Positions 1 to 10,718 are shown, counted from the first letter of the stretch. The stretch is DNA of 28,782 nt from Candidatus Bathyarchaeia archaeon (GCA_050015395.1 JBEKBM010000029.1:1-28782); one strand, 5' to 3'. Notes: generated by a model from the sequence alone, not told the origin. Numbers and translations: made by a program.

Positions 1-155
1 TACATAGGAACCGAAAACTCCGATACTTTTCACTTTAAATTTCTTTCTCAATTCTGTTTTGTGCTGTAAAAGCGTGCGTTTGATGCGCTCAATATCCTGC
101 ATACTTCAAACACGGAAAACTATGAATTTAAGCCTTTTCACAAAAGCAAAAGCTG

Positions 156-390
156 TTAGAGAGCAGTTATATCTGTGATTTCAATGGCGGCTATTTTGCC
201 TTTCTCGTCATAATGGATTATTGTTTTTTCCGTCGCTTGTTGGTTCGCCTTCAGCGGTGTCAGCGTTTTTGAATCGTATGTATAGGTCGCCTACGTCCTC
301 GTCATAGTCTATGGTTATCACTGTCCGCGGCAGCTTCAAGCCGTATTTTGCTTCAATTTGCTCCAGCACTTTTCGAACATCAATGTCTAG
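156..390 (-). pseudogene. DUF2283-family small protein (putative antitoxin), frameshifted
   Basis: Manual translation gives LDIDVRKVLEQIEAKYGLKLPRTVITIDYDEDVGDLYIRFKNADTAEGEPTSDG. An A6 run at 224-229 (A5 would keep the frame) then shifts the frame; the other frame continues KTIIHYDEKGKIAAIEITDITAL*. YDxxxDxLYIRF...DxxGxIxxIEI is the DUF2283 pattern. Start uncertain; the extra base could be a homopolymer sequencing error. Confidence 0.75.
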
Positions 391-523
391 GAGGGCTTTA
401 ACTTTCTGAATGCCTTATACCTCCTCGCTTTTCTCATGGTACTTGTATAGTACGCGGTTCTTATGTAGCCTTCATCTTCAACGCTGTAAGCATAAATGAA
501 CACGTTAGCGTCTAAGAACTCAT
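387..523 (-). pseudogene. Chimeric toxin remnant: PIN/VapC N-terminus joined to the C-terminus of a DUF4258/RelE-like toxin
   Basis: ATG at 523 overlaps the AbrB stop (ATGA) but is one base out of frame with FLDANVFIYAY (PIN first strand and Asp). After about 13 codons the sequence becomes VEDEGYIRTAYYT, resembling the 'IxTAY' end of toxins paired with DUF2283. Confidence 0.6.
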
Positions 524-765
524 TTGCCGACCTCATAGAATTTCTTCTCAAAGTCACTCCAATTTCCGATAGCACCAACACCTAAATCTACTTTGTCGAA
601 GCATTCGGTCAGGTCAACACGGCGCTTGGGAACCAATTTCAAGTAACCTCTCCTCTTGATAACATATAATTCTCTGCTTTCACCTATCTCGGCTTCACGC
701 CAATCCACTGGCAGGATGAAACGCCCTTGAGCATCCACTTTTTTGATTTCTACTCCAGTTCCCAA
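520..765 (-). CDS. AbrB/MazE/SpoVT-family DNA-binding antitoxin
   Basis: KKVDAQGRFILPVDWRE swapped-hairpin motif; 81 aa; GGTGA SD upstream; coupled to a PIN remnant. Confidence 0.85.
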   Translation of the reverse strand: MGTGVEIKKVDAQGRFILPVDWREAEIGESRELYVIKRRGYLKLVPKRRVDLTECFDKVDLGVGAIGNWSDFEKKFYEVGK

Positions 766-846
766 ATTTTCACCATATTACAATCATTTTACCATAATGA
801 TAAACTTTCTTCCACAAGGGCAACGGCATTTTTCAGTGAATTTAGC

Positions 847-2223
847 CTAAGAAATTTTTGAACCCTGCGTTTTTGATAACTGAACTATTATAAAAACCAA
901 TAAAATAGAAAATACGCAACCCAGTACAGCAAGAGTCACAATTCTTAGGGGTTCAACAGCCCAGATAGCATGTACCATGCCAAGCAAAATATTGGTGTAC
1001 CGTGGAGCTAAAGGCAAAAAGAAGAAAGGAAGGGGACAATTCAGTACAGCGTAAAGTAGCGCTACTATCGAAGCAGCCCAGTAAAAAGCCTCTTTAACGC
1101 GTCCTCCCACACATAATATGACTAGGAAGGGTATTGCCCAAACAAAAAACTGCTCACAAATAATTCTATATGAAAGAAAGAATGCAAGCACAGGCAAAAG
1201 CATTACAAAAGCCAAATCATAGGCGGGTTTCTGAAAAGTCATTTTGACAGTTCTCCAGTAAACGAGCACCAAAGCAACGGCCACAAGTACAATCGATGCA
1301 ATCGATGCAAAAGAAACGAACTCAGCAGTTACAGGCAAGTTGAGTAGCCGATTTAGCTGATAAAGCGACCAGTAAGAAAGACCAAAAGCCACAGGGTTAG
1401 TAACTTGATTAGCCACAGCACCAGACGCTGCAGGATTTGACACAAAGAAGCCAGCGAAAAAGCTTGTTATCTTGCCGAAATAGGGAAGAAAAAGCAAAAC
1501 TGTAGCAGCTGTAAAGACAGAAAAAAACTTCAAGCAATTCTTCCACCTATCTCCAACAGGACTCGACTTAAAAAGATAAACCGCAATAGGCACCAAAAAC
1601 AAAGCAGGATACAATTTTGAAGCCACACCTAAACTGAGAAAAACCGCGGAAAGTGCATATCTCTTTTTCAACAAAAAGAAGAAGGCAACCAAAGAAAAAA
1701 GCGCAGGCAAAGTGTCCCACATGCCCCAACCAGCTGAAATCCAAATTACAAATGGGTTAAGAAACCAGAGAAACGCGGCTTTTTCAGCAAGCCCCTTGTT
1801 ATTTGTTAATTCCTCCACTATTTTGTAAAGAAGAAAAGCTATCGCAACGTCTGAAATCAAGAAGGGAATTTTAACTACAAAATTAAAAAGCATCCCTGGC
1901 ACAAATTGAACATTAAAAGAAGGGTAAAAGTTCAATGCAGACGGAAGAGAAGCCATAGGAATAGCCCTTGTGGAGAAAATGCCTGCAAGCCAACTATAAC
2001 TGTAAGCGATTGGAATCATCATGTAATGATACCACAACGGTGGAAAAGACTGCAAACTGAACGGCCCATTTTTCAAAATATTCATTGAAATGCTATACCA
2101 AACATACACATCAAAAGGGTGAGCGGAAATCGGCATCAGAAGAACTCGTACGACTACTCCAACGATGATTATGCTTGCTAATTTATGCTTTGAAATTAAC
2201 TCGCGAATTTTTGAAATTATCAG
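847..2223 (-). CDS. GT-C fold membrane glycosyltransferase (GT87/PIG-M/DUF2029-like)
   Basis: Polytopic protein with HPFDV after the first helix, KIPFLISD, NPFVIWISAGWGMWD and KLYP motifs. The frame stays open upstream of the ATG at 2136 to a CTG at 2223, adding the first TM helix (LASIIIVGVVVRVLL). Confidence 0.8.
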   Translation of the reverse strand: MIISKIRELISKHKLASIIIVGVVVRVLLMPISAHPFDVYVWYSISMNILKNGPFSLQSFPPLWYHYMMIPIAYSYSWLAGIFSTRAIPMASLPSALNFYPSFNVQFVPGMLFNFVVKIPFLISDVAIAFLLYKIVEELTNNKGLAEKAAFLWFLNPFVIWISAGWGMWDTLPALFSLVAFFFLLKKRYALSAVFLSLGVASKLYPALFLVPIAVYLFKSSPVGDRWKNCLKFFSVFTAATVLLFLPYFGKITSFFAGFFVSNPAASGAVANQVTNPVAFGLSYWSLYQLNRLLNLPVTAEFVSFASIASIVLVAVALVLVYWRTVKMTFQKPAYDLAFVMLLPVLAFFLSYRIICEQFFVWAIPFLVILCVGGRVKEAFYWAASIVALLYAVLNCPLPFFFLPLAPRYTNILLGMVHAIWAVEPLRIVTLAVLGCVFSILLVFIIVQLSKTQGSKIS

Positions 2224-2242
2224 ATTTTCAACTCTACATTAG

Positions 2243-3739
2243 TTAATTTGGAGTATAGCGGTAAATGGCAATTTCGCCACTCTGATAGATTTCATGAAAT
2301 GCCGAGGACACAGTTGGTTGCCCATCCCATCCTTTTCCATTTACCCACCATATAAGGTATATTTGATTATACCCTTCTTGGGCAGCAGTCGTTGCAGCGT
2401 TTAAAGGATTACCGAACTCATACAGAAACACCTGATCAGGGTTAAATGTTGTGAGCGCCCAACCATAAAACGCCCTATGCGTAAGCAAAACCGAGTTACC
2501 AGTCATATTATCTTTAAGCCATTGAAGGGCATTTACTGTCCCTTGGCAGTCAGTTATGGACACGGTGTTCTGAAGCATAGAGGTCGGAATCGTGTAAATG
2601 TAAGGGTTCACCCCTTCCTTAAAATACGGAAAAGGATTTTCTGGAGTCATCACCATGAAACCTAAACTCAGAACCACAGTTACAAGCATTAGATAAACTA
2701 AGCCAACGCGCAGCAAAGTTATCCTAAAACGCTTCCAGTGAACAGACTTAAGCCAGCTTAACCCTTCAGTCGCATAAAAAGCTAAGGGATAAACAAGCAA
2801 CATTACAAGGCGCAGATCGCTGGGGCTAACCATAGGAACCAAAGTAGCAATCAAAATCAAAATGACCAAACTGCGCATCTGAAAGTTATCAAAACGCTTC
2901 ACACTCAACACTGCTAAAGGCAGAATAGGCAGAAAACAGTACAGAATAAACCCTGCTTCACTTGCCAACATCGCTGGATAAGAAGAGTAACCAAACAAAG
3001 CCAACCAGCCATCGGTAGTTGTGGGGAAACCAAAAATCAAACGGTACTCAGGCACTGCAGGACTCAAATAAAAGATAACGAAAAAAAGCAGCACCGCCGG
3101 CAAAGAAAACACGATTAAACGAACAGCATCAACGCGGCTTTCGCGAACCAGCTTATAAATAACAGTGAACAGCAACACACCAAGCACAAGAACAGCAACC
3201 ACTTGATTCGACAATACGACCGCGGCTAGAGCCAAAGAAAACGCCACGTAACGCTTCCAAGAAAACTTACCCGACGCCCCAGCTCTGACGACAAGCAACA
3301 TGAGAACCACAAAGAAAAAGATTAAAGCCAACTCTTCTCGAAACGCATCCCACGAAACTCGCAGAGCCACAAAATACAAAGTTCCAACCATAGCAGGTAC
3401 AATACTCTTTTTAGGCGACCAGCCCAAGCCGCGCCTAGCATAACCATACATGGCTAAACCCAAAAAGCCCAAAAGCACAGATGGAAGCACCTTAAGCACC
3501 AAAACGACTGAACCACTAGCTAAAGTCAACCCAGCAGTCAAAGTATAAAACAAAGGCGCCGAAGCAATAAAACTCAATAGGCTCACATCGCCATGCAGCC
3601 ACAACGTCGTAGTCGAAACATAATACGCCATCGTGTCAAAGCCAACAACGTAAGGTCCCATCAAAACCTCAGGGATAACTCTAACCAACAGCGGAACGGC
3701 GAACGCAAGCAACGGAAACAGATACTTTTTGGGAAACAA
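2243..3739 (-). CDS. Polytopic membrane protein, probable GT-C-type glycosyltransferase
   Basis: N-terminal TM followed by R...PYVVGFDTMAYY loop (acidic residue in the first external loop, as in GT-C); many TM segments; soluble C-terminal domain. Confidence 0.65.
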   Translation of the reverse strand: MFPKKYLFPLLAFAVPLLVRVIPEVLMGPYVVGFDTMAYYVSTTTLWLHGDVSLLSFIASAPLFYTLTAGLTLASGSVVLVLKVLPSVLLGFLGLAMYGYARRGLGWSPKKSIVPAMVGTLYFVALRVSWDAFREELALIFFFVVLMLLVVRAGASGKFSWKRYVAFSLALAAVVLSNQVVAVLVLGVLLFTVIYKLVRESRVDAVRLIVFSLPAVLLFFVIFYLSPAVPEYRLIFGFPTTTDGWLALFGYSSYPAMLASEAGFILYCFLPILPLAVLSVKRFDNFQMRSLVILILIATLVPMVSPSDLRLVMLLVYPLAFYATEGLSWLKSVHWKRFRITLLRVGLVYLMLVTVVLSLGFMVMTPENPFPYFKEGVNPYIYTIPTSMLQNTVSITDCQGTVNALQWLKDNMTGNSVLLTHRAFYGWALTTFNPDQVFLYEFGNPLNAATTAAQEGYNQIYLIWWVNGKGWDGQPTVSSAFHEIYQSGEIAIYRYTPN

Positions 3740-3797
3740 GTCACTTACAACTCGGATTTGAAGAAGTTAAATTTTTCCCAAAATGCAAAAGAAAACG

Positions 3798-5075
3798 TTA
3801 TGCAACGAGAAGCCAATTTTTGCTTTGCGATGAAACCAGCGAGGGATAAGGAGCACTGACATTGTTATTTATCGCATATAATGCAGCCGCTAAGATCAAC
3901 CCATTAGTTTTATCAATCACAGTCGAAACCACCTGACCATTTTCATTAACACCATCTCGGTACCCACTGTTTGTAAGGGAAACAGGCTCAATCGCATCAA
4001 CCATACTCTGTGTGTAATTTGTATTATAAATTGCGTCCAAGCCAACCGCTACCTTCAAATAAACAACCGGCGTCACGGAAATAACTGAAGTTTCATCCTT
4101 CTCGATAACCCATGTGCTTCCATTAGGCAACACCACCCACTCCCACACGTAAGTTACGCCATTCACCCCTCCAATATTTCCCTCACTAAAAGCTGTGTAT
4201 TTTCCCGTTGCATTATACCTCGCTTCCTCAGCAAGGTAAACTTGCCTTGACAAATTCAGCAACCCTGCCGCAGGTTGTTGAAAATTAAAAATGGAAAGAA
4301 GCAAAAGCTCAGACGTTACTTTAGCTTCCGGCAACGCAACACCATAAGTTTCGACTGCAGGAGCATTAACAATGTTGTTAAGGATAGTGTTTGCTTCCGA
4401 AGAAAACTGACTAGGCCAAAAATCCGCAAACCCACACGCCACATAATAGTCATAAATATTAACAGAGCCAGCTAACGCACTAACAACTTCGCATTCAGGT
4501 CCATAATTGGTACGATTATAAACAATGTAATCAATGCTACTTGCTAAATCAGGTCTATAATCCTTCAAGTTATTAAGAGCCACAAGCAAATTACCAGCAT
4601 CAGTAGCAACCTGAACTGAATCATCTTGATTCTGCCCATCATCCGTACAATACCTATCATAAGGCTGACCATCACTCGTTAATGGACGAGTTTCAAGGAA
4701 TGCTAATATTTTATTGAATCTCCAATCTGCACCATAAGTCCCATTGTTACTTATTATGCCCAGTTTCTCAGCGTCAATAATCGCTTGAATATAAACACCT
4801 AAATCCCAATCAGTAAAATAGGGGTAACCCTGACCCGAAGCATGCAGCCCAGTTGCAGAGTTTACGCCGTTTCCAACCTGAAAATACTGCCAAGCATTAG
4901 TAGCTAAACTCATCCAATACGCTGTACTATCAACAATTGGAGGATTTTGGATAACTTGATTAACTGAGGAGTTTTCTGCAAGCCAAAGGCCCTGCGAAGC
5001 AACGACGACGACCATAATCACCGCAAACACCACCGATGTACGAAACTTCATGCCCTCCAGCACCAAGCCTCCCAC
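3798..5075 (-). CDS. DUF3131-family secreted protein, paralogue 1 (putative glycoside hydrolase/transglycosylase)
   Basis: Signal/TM anchor; AWQYF...TGL, TDWDLGVYIQAIIDAEKLGII, DAGNLLVAL and AFSEG motifs typical of DUF3131. Confidence 0.8.
   Translation of the reverse strand: MGGLVLEGMKFRTSVVFAVIMVVVVASQGLWLAENSSVNQVIQNPPIVDSTAYWMSLATNAWQYFQVGNGVNSATGLHASGQGYPYFTDWDLGVYIQAIIDAEKLGIISNNGTYGADWRFNKILAFLETRPLTSDGQPYDRYCTDDGQNQDDSVQVATDAGNLLVALNNLKDYRPDLASSIDYIVYNRTNYGPECEVVSALAGSVNIYDYYVACGFADFWPSQFSSEANTILNNIVNAPAVETYGVALPEAKVTSELLLLSIFNFQQPAAGLLNLSRQVYLAEEARYNATGKYTAFSEGNIGGVNGVTYVWEWVVLPNGSTWVIEKDETSVISVTPVVYLKVAVGLDAIYNTNYTQSMVDAIEPVSLTNSGYRDGVNENGQVVSTVIDKTNGLILAAALYAINNNVSAPYPSLVSSQSKNWLLVA
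4539..4631. repeat. 93-bp inverted repeat, copy 1 (partner 12306-12398)
   Basis: The reverse complement matches 12306-12398 with 2 mismatches. Confidence 0.9.
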
Positions 5076-5253
5076 TTAACCAACTGAATCCGAAACTTTA
5101 CAAACAACACGCAACATTCCCAATTAAGCTTCTCTATACTATTTGCCTTATTCAAATATAGTTCTACTGCAAAAGAGCCTTCGCCGCACTTGCAAACTTA
5201 ACGAAAAGCAAAAATACGCCAAAATAAACCACTTCTGCTCTGTTTACAATATA

Positions 5254-6390
5254 TCAGCAACGTAAAAGCGCTATGTAAGCGTCTTCGTAAGCTTTTGCTA
5301 CTGAGCTCCAGCTTTCTCTCTGAGCAAAATTCAAGTTCTGCTCACTCATCTTAGTGGCTATCTCCTTGTTAGAGAGAACCGTCAAAATTGCTTCTTTCAA
5401 TGCGTCTACGTCATCGGGAGGCACCAGAATTGCTGAAGCGCCATCGTTCACCAGTTCTCTAATTTCGGGCAGATCAGAAGCTACAATTGGCCGCCCATAG
5501 CCACAGGCTAGATGAAATACACCGCTTGTGCCTGGCGTAGCATTGTAAGGTAGAACCACCACGTCAGCCATTCTAAAAACAGACCCAAGTTTCTGCCGAG
5601 GGACATAACCTGAGAATTCAACGTTCGGAGTATGTGCTTTGCCAAATTCTTCTAAGTAATTGGGAAAGTTTGGGTGGTTGGAACCAGCAACTACCAGTTT
5701 GATGTTGCTTTTTTCCTTCACTATTTTTTCAAAAGCTTCAAACATTAATGGAAGCCCCTTGTGTGGTCCCATGTGACCGAAAATTAGGATGACCTTTTCA
5801 TTAGTATTCACCTTCAGATTTGTGTCCACTGAGGCGCCGTGAGGTATGTACTGAACCCCCTTGTGACCATAACGTTTCTTCAAAAAATCACCGTAGGACC
5901 GAACAAGCACCACGACGCTCTGAGCAGAAAGGATAATCTTAGTAGCCATAAGAATTCCCACTCTGTTCAGCAAACTATCCTTTAGATGAAACTTCTCTAA
6001 ATCCGCTTTTTCCCCAAGCGTATGCACTCCAGCTAGAACACGAAAACCGAGAAGGCGACAAAGAAGAATCAGAGACAAACCAGTGATGTTGGTGAGTTTA
6101 TTCTTCCCAAAACTCTGGAAACTCACATTAAAATGCACAACATCAGGTCTCAACTTCAAAATGTAGTACATTACGCTCAGCACTGAAAGCAAATTATCAG
6201 CTTTCCAAACCCTCAAAACTTTAACCTTAGGGTCTTCCGGTAATACTTCCTCAGAACGATCGCTTTTGTCAACTAAAAGATAGAGGGTATCTATCGCAGG
6301 TCTACTTGCCAATGCAGCTACCAAATTCTGGGCATATTCGCTTAAACGAGCTCGGTTGGGCGGATAAGAAGAGACAAAACAGACCCTCAA
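5254..6390 (-). CDS. GT4 (GT-B) glycosyltransferase
   Basis: RVCFVSSYPP start, HKGL, ADVVVLPY...SGV...GRPIVASD. Likely start is the TTG at 6390 after a GGAG/GGTG SD; the ORF track extends it to 6465. Confidence 0.9.
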   Translation of the reverse strand: MRVCFVSSYPPNRARLSEYAQNLVAALASRPAIDTLYLLVDKSDRSEEVLPEDPKVKVLRVWKADNLLSVLSVMYYILKLRPDVVHFNVSFQSFGKNKLTNITGLSLILLCRLLGFRVLAGVHTLGEKADLEKFHLKDSLLNRVGILMATKIILSAQSVVVLVRSYGDFLKKRYGHKGVQYIPHGASVDTNLKVNTNEKVILIFGHMGPHKGLPLMFEAFEKIVKEKSNIKLVVAGSNHPNFPNYLEEFGKAHTPNVEFSGYVPRQKLGSVFRMADVVVLPYNATPGTSGVFHLACGYGRPIVASDLPEIRELVNDGASAILVPPDDVDALKEAILTVLSNKEIATKMSEQNLNFAQRESWSSVAKAYEDAYIALLRC

Positions 6391-6772
6391 CCACACCAGT
6401 CTCCCTGTCCGCCGGCTCGAAGGATGAATACCTGTGTTATGCCAAGCGGAATCACGGTAAAGCAAAGCGCAGTTATCTTTTTCTTAGTAATCATTCATAT
6501 TGTTCCTGAAACGTCTTTAAGGCGTTCGCAAGGTTAAATATATTAAACTTGCCTCTTCCCAGTTTGAAAGTTACATAGATGTTGAACCTTAATAGGTTTT
6601 AGGTTTCCAGCATCTTTCCCAGCCCGAATCTGGAACTTCACCAAGTTAAAACCGTAATTTGCAATCCAAAACGCCTCACGCTTGCAACATAAAGAACTTT
6701 TAAAAAATGTCCTGAATAATAAAAAAAACCGGTATCCCCATTGATTGCTAAAGGTCCAAAGACAAGCATGCA

Positions 6773-8344
6773 TTATGGATTATTCTGTATAGCGTAGAGT
6801 GCGGCGTCTAAGATTAAACTATTCGTGTTACTGCCAAGATCTGCAACTAAATTCCCAATATTGTCGGCTCCGTCATAGTACCCGCTTGTAGGGGTCGGAA
6901 GGCATTGCTCAAGATAAATAACCATATTGCGGGCATAAGTTGTGTTATAAAGAGCTAAGAAACTAAACGCTACTTTATCATAAATAATAGGATTAATGTT
7001 CAAATATGCACTGCTCCCAGACCCTGTTATTTTCCATGTATCACCATTAGGCAAAACCACCCATTCCCATATGTAACCGTTTGAAGGCTTATTTCCTTCA
7101 CTAAAAGCCACATACTGCCCCGTCGCGTTATGATAGGCTTCACTAGCCAAATAAACTTGCCTCGACAGCCTCGACAAAGCCATTAATTGAGAATTATTAT
7201 TGTTAAGTTCAAAAACTGAACAAAGCAACGGGTCACCTGTAATTGAAGCTTCAGGCAACGAAACATTACCATAAGGTGAGTATGTAACATTAGCTGAAAG
7301 AATATTATTCAGTATTTTACTCGGAACATTAGAGAGACTAGAGAAAAAGCTTGCAAAACCGCTGTAAACATAGTAAGAATAAATATCAGTCGAGTTAAGG
7401 CTATTTCTCATGATGCTAGGAACTAAATCAGCATAGTTCGATCTATTATCATAGACATTCCAAACAAAATTATCTATCTGCTGCTGCAAACTATTGTTAT
7501 AATTGATAAGGTTGTTGAGAGCAACAAACAACCTTCCCGTATCAGCAGCATCAACGATTTCGTTAGATGACACTGAAGAATCGTTTTTTCCAGTTGTAGC
7601 ATCGTAGAACTGGTACGGATAACCCTCAGTATTAAGAGGCCGGTTTTCAAGGAACGTTAAAACATCATCTATTCTTGCAGAAAAGTCCCAAGCGCTATCA
7701 TTACCTATTAACCCTAGTTTCTGCGCGTCAATGACAGCTTGGATATAACAACCTAAATCCCAATCAGTAAAACCAGTAAAACCGGTACCTCCAGCGTAAG
7801 GAAGCCCAGTATTAACATTAACACCTACACCAGGCTGGAAATACGCCCAAGCATTCGCCGCAACCTCCATCCAAACAGTACTATTGATAATTGTATAAGA
7901 CTGTATTAAGCCAGGAGGCTTTGAACCAATAGATTGCGCCGCACCTGCACTTATTGGGCTAAACCATTGAGCTATGCCTGATATCGAGGACCCATTATCG
8001 TGATTTGCAGCAGCCGGCGGAGTCGCTGTCGAGTTATCACCGCTTTGCGGAACAACATTACCCCTGCCAACGCTTTGTTTTGGCAAAAACGCAAAAACAG
8101 AAACCAACAAAACAGCTACAATCGCAACCACTATCAGGCACTTTGCTTTCCTGCTAAAACGCCAATGATTCAGCCGAAAAAAACCTTTTTTTGACTCAGC
8201 TTCAAGAGAAGCCTCTAAAGAAACAAGCCAAACTAATGGAAGAGAGCAAATTTTTTTGAAATTAACTAAGGCATTCGTCATCGTAACAGGACTGTCTCGT
8301 TTTAGGTGAGTGATAATTTCCTTCTCCACGGAGTCGAACCACAC
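6773..8344 (-). CDS. DUF3131-family membrane-anchored protein, paralogue 2
   Basis: N-terminal TM, low-complexity linker, then AWAYF, TDWDLGCYIQAVIDAQKLGLI, DTGRLFVAL and AFSEG. True start is probably downstream of 8344. Confidence 0.8.
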   Translation of the reverse strand: MWFDSVEKEIITHLKRDSPVTMTNALVNFKKICSLPLVWLVSLEASLEAESKKGFFRLNHWRFSRKAKCLIVVAIVAVLLVSVFAFLPKQSVGRGNVVPQSGDNSTATPPAAANHDNGSSISGIAQWFSPISAGAAQSIGSKPPGLIQSYTIINSTVWMEVAANAWAYFQPGVGVNVNTGLPYAGGTGFTGFTDWDLGCYIQAVIDAQKLGLIGNDSAWDFSARIDDVLTFLENRPLNTEGYPYQFYDATTGKNDSSVSSNEIVDAADTGRLFVALNNLINYNNSLQQQIDNFVWNVYDNRSNYADLVPSIMRNSLNSTDIYSYYVYSGFASFFSSLSNVPSKILNNILSANVTYSPYGNVSLPEASITGDPLLCSVFELNNNNSQLMALSRLSRQVYLASEAYHNATGQYVAFSEGNKPSNGYIWEWVVLPNGDTWKITGSGSSAYLNINPIIYDKVAFSFLALYNTTYARNMVIYLEQCLPTPTSGYYDGADNIGNLVADLGSNTNSLILDAALYAIQNNP

Positions 8345-8459
8345 GATCTTGAAACATTAATGAATAGTCGAAAGCTTGATTTAAAACTATGGAAGAAATT
8401 TAAACTCCGATAGAATTATTTGCAAATTAACTTAACAATTTTTATGTATATGAAGCGGG

Positions 8460-9695
8460 CTATTTAGCAATGTTGGATGTTATGAATCCCTTTTTAACCG
8501 TTTTATTCCAAACCTTTTTTCGTCTAAATATTAATTTCAGAAAAGCCCACCCAGCAATACACATCTGAATAAGCCAATAAGCGTAAATTGCGGGAACCCA
8601 GAGCAGATTTCGAAGCTTCACAGGTTTCTCAGAAGCAATTAGCCCAACACCGACGGAAACTAAGGAAACCGCGGTTAAAGCTATAACTAGCCCTGTGAAA
8701 TTTATTACCGGATTGCTTTCGGAGAGAAATAACGCAAGGAAAAACCAGTTTACGTAGCTGAGCAACGATACAACCATCATAAATGGTCCAGCAAGCGAAA
8801 TTTCGGCATCCACAGTCTTCTTATTTAGAGTATCAAGAAGACGCCCATACTTTAAAGCCGTATCCATATACCCTCTATACCAACGAACTCGCTGCTTGAT
8901 GAAGTCTCTTAAGCCATTAGGCGTTTCCTGACCACAGCAAACATCTTCAGCATACTTTATCTGATACTTTTTTTCAACAAGGCGCAAAGCTAACTCCACA
9001 TCTTCCGTAAGAGAAGTCTCATCCCACCCGCCTAACTCTTCCAGCACGTTACGCCTTATGAATTGGCAACTACCGTTTAAAGGAACAAACAGCTGCAACT
9101 TTTCCCTTCCGCAAAGCAAAGCCTGATACCAAGCCTTCTCTTCCGCTGAAACAACCCTTGTCAAAATGTTTTTTTTCGCATTCAGCGAGGTAGTTCTGCC
9201 CTGCACAGCCATTAATTGCTTGTCACCAAAATACGATGCAACCTTTCTAAGCACATCCTTTTCCGGAACACTATCAGCATCAAAAACTCCCACAATTTCC
9301 CCTGTTACATATGGCAATGCAAGGTTGAGAGCCGCAGGCTTGCCTTTAGATTCCTTTTCATTAACAATCTTGAAAGCCCCAGGATACTTCGATGAAAAAT
9401 CCGAGCACACCTTACATGTGCCGTCAATCGAATTTCCATCCACTATTATAATTTCCAACTTATCCTTCGGATAATCCAAATCCAGTAAACCATTCAAACA
9501 GCGACCAATAACAACTTCTTCATCCTTGGTCGGCACAATAATTGAAAACTTTGGCTCCTCATTCGCATAATTATTTTGGGGGCGCTTGCGTCTGCTTCTT
9601 ACACCGACGTATATAATCGAGCCATTATATACAGTCCAAAAAAGCAAAACCGAAAGCAAAATAATAGAAATGACATCAAAAAGTATCATTAGCAC
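8460..9695 (-). CDS. Processive-type GT2 (cellulose synthase/IcaA-like) glycan synthase
   Basis: D,D,D,QxxRW set: IVDG, FDADS, TEDVE, QRVRW; KPAALN; N- and C-terminal TM helices. Confidence 0.9.
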   Translation of the reverse strand: MLMILFDVISIILLSVLLFWTVYNGSIIYVGVRSRRKRPQNNYANEEPKFSIIVPTKDEEVVIGRCLNGLLDLDYPKDKLEIIIVDGNSIDGTCKVCSDFSSKYPGAFKIVNEKESKGKPAALNLALPYVTGEIVGVFDADSVPEKDVLRKVASYFGDKQLMAVQGRTTSLNAKKNILTRVVSAEEKAWYQALLCGREKLQLFVPLNGSCQFIRRNVLEELGGWDETSLTEDVELALRLVEKKYQIKYAEDVCCGQETPNGLRDFIKQRVRWYRGYMDTALKYGRLLDTLNKKTVDAEISLAGPFMMVVSLLSYVNWFFLALFLSESNPVINFTGLVIALTAVSLVSVGVGLIASEKPVKLRNLLWVPAIYAYWLIQMCIAGWAFLKLIFRRKKVWNKTVKKGFITSNIAK

Positions 9696-10094
9696 CCAGC
9701 CTCAATTAACCCTCTACCAAATATTAAAAGTATGTTTTTGAGTGATTGAGCTACAAGATTTATTCGCAAAGCTCTAAACCACACCCAAACACCAGCAATT
9801 TCTAACTTTACCAATATCTTTTTCCTAAGGCGAGATCTAAGCATTCTTCACTACAACTTATATTTGTCTTTAAACTCTTTTAAGTTTTGTTTATCAATGT
9901 TTACTTGCTAAGCTATAAACCCATAATTTAGAACCCAAGCAATAAAAAAGTATCTCAAGAAACCCTGTGTAATTTGAACAGTAGAACAATTATTATTAAA
10001 AAAAAACAATTTGGAAATCCAAACCGCTCCCTAAAACCGCTATCATGTTAATTGTTATCGCCATATACCAAGAAAAAACAAAAAACAAGAAAGA

Positions 10095-10718
10095 CTACGA
10101 TTCCGTCATAAACGTGATAAAATCTTCAAGGCTCCTACGCTGCAACGTATAATTAGACTTTTTTTCCTCGCCAATAGTTGACGAAGGCTTCAATCCATAA
10201 TCATGCCCCGGATAGACCTCCACAGCATCGTTTAGTTTCAGGAGCTTATTGAATAAACTGTCATACATGCTTTTGGAGCTGCCGCCAGGCAAGTCTGTTC
10301 TTCCACATTCGCCAACAAATAAAGTGTCACCAGTCAACAGCTTCTTATTATCCACTAACAAGCAAATACTGTCCACAGTGTGACCCGGCGTATAAATCAC
10401 TTTTATCGAAACCCCGCCAACAGTTAATACGTCGCCATCTTCAACTGCAACATCGCAAGTCAATTTTGACAGTTTATAAGCAACCAATTTCGCCCCAAAA
10501 ATAGAACTTAACTCTGTGTTTCCAGCAGTATGATCGGAGTGTCCATGAGTATTTATGATGTACTTTAAATTCAATTTTTTAGCTTTTAAAACCTTGATTA
10601 TTTCGCTGGAGTTAAAGCTTGAATCCACAACCGCAGCTTCCACAGTATCTTCGTCCGCTATAATGTACGAAAAATTGTCGCCGTGCTGTTGGATTTGTTT
10701 AAAAAACACAGGTTTCAC
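10095..10718 (-). CDS. MBL-fold metallo-hydrolase (glyoxalase II/ETHE1-like)
   Basis: THGHSDH, TPGHT, TGDTLF, GRTD and YPGHDY motifs. Confidence 0.92.
   Translation of the reverse strand: MKPVFFKQIQQHGDNFSYIIADEDTVEAAVVDSSFNSSEIIKVLKAKKLNLKYIINTHGHSDHTAGNTELSSIFGAKLVAYKLSKLTCDVAVEDGDVLTVGGVSIKVIYTPGHTVDSICLLVDNKKLLTGDTLFVGECGRTDLPGGSSKSMYDSLFNKLLKLNDAVEVYPGHDYGLKPSSTIGEEKKSNYTLQRRSLEDFITFMTES

Noticed and set aside
6543-6773. 76-aa ORF between paralogue 2 and the GT4
   Set aside because: No recognisable motif or SD; it spans likely terminator/promoter sequence.
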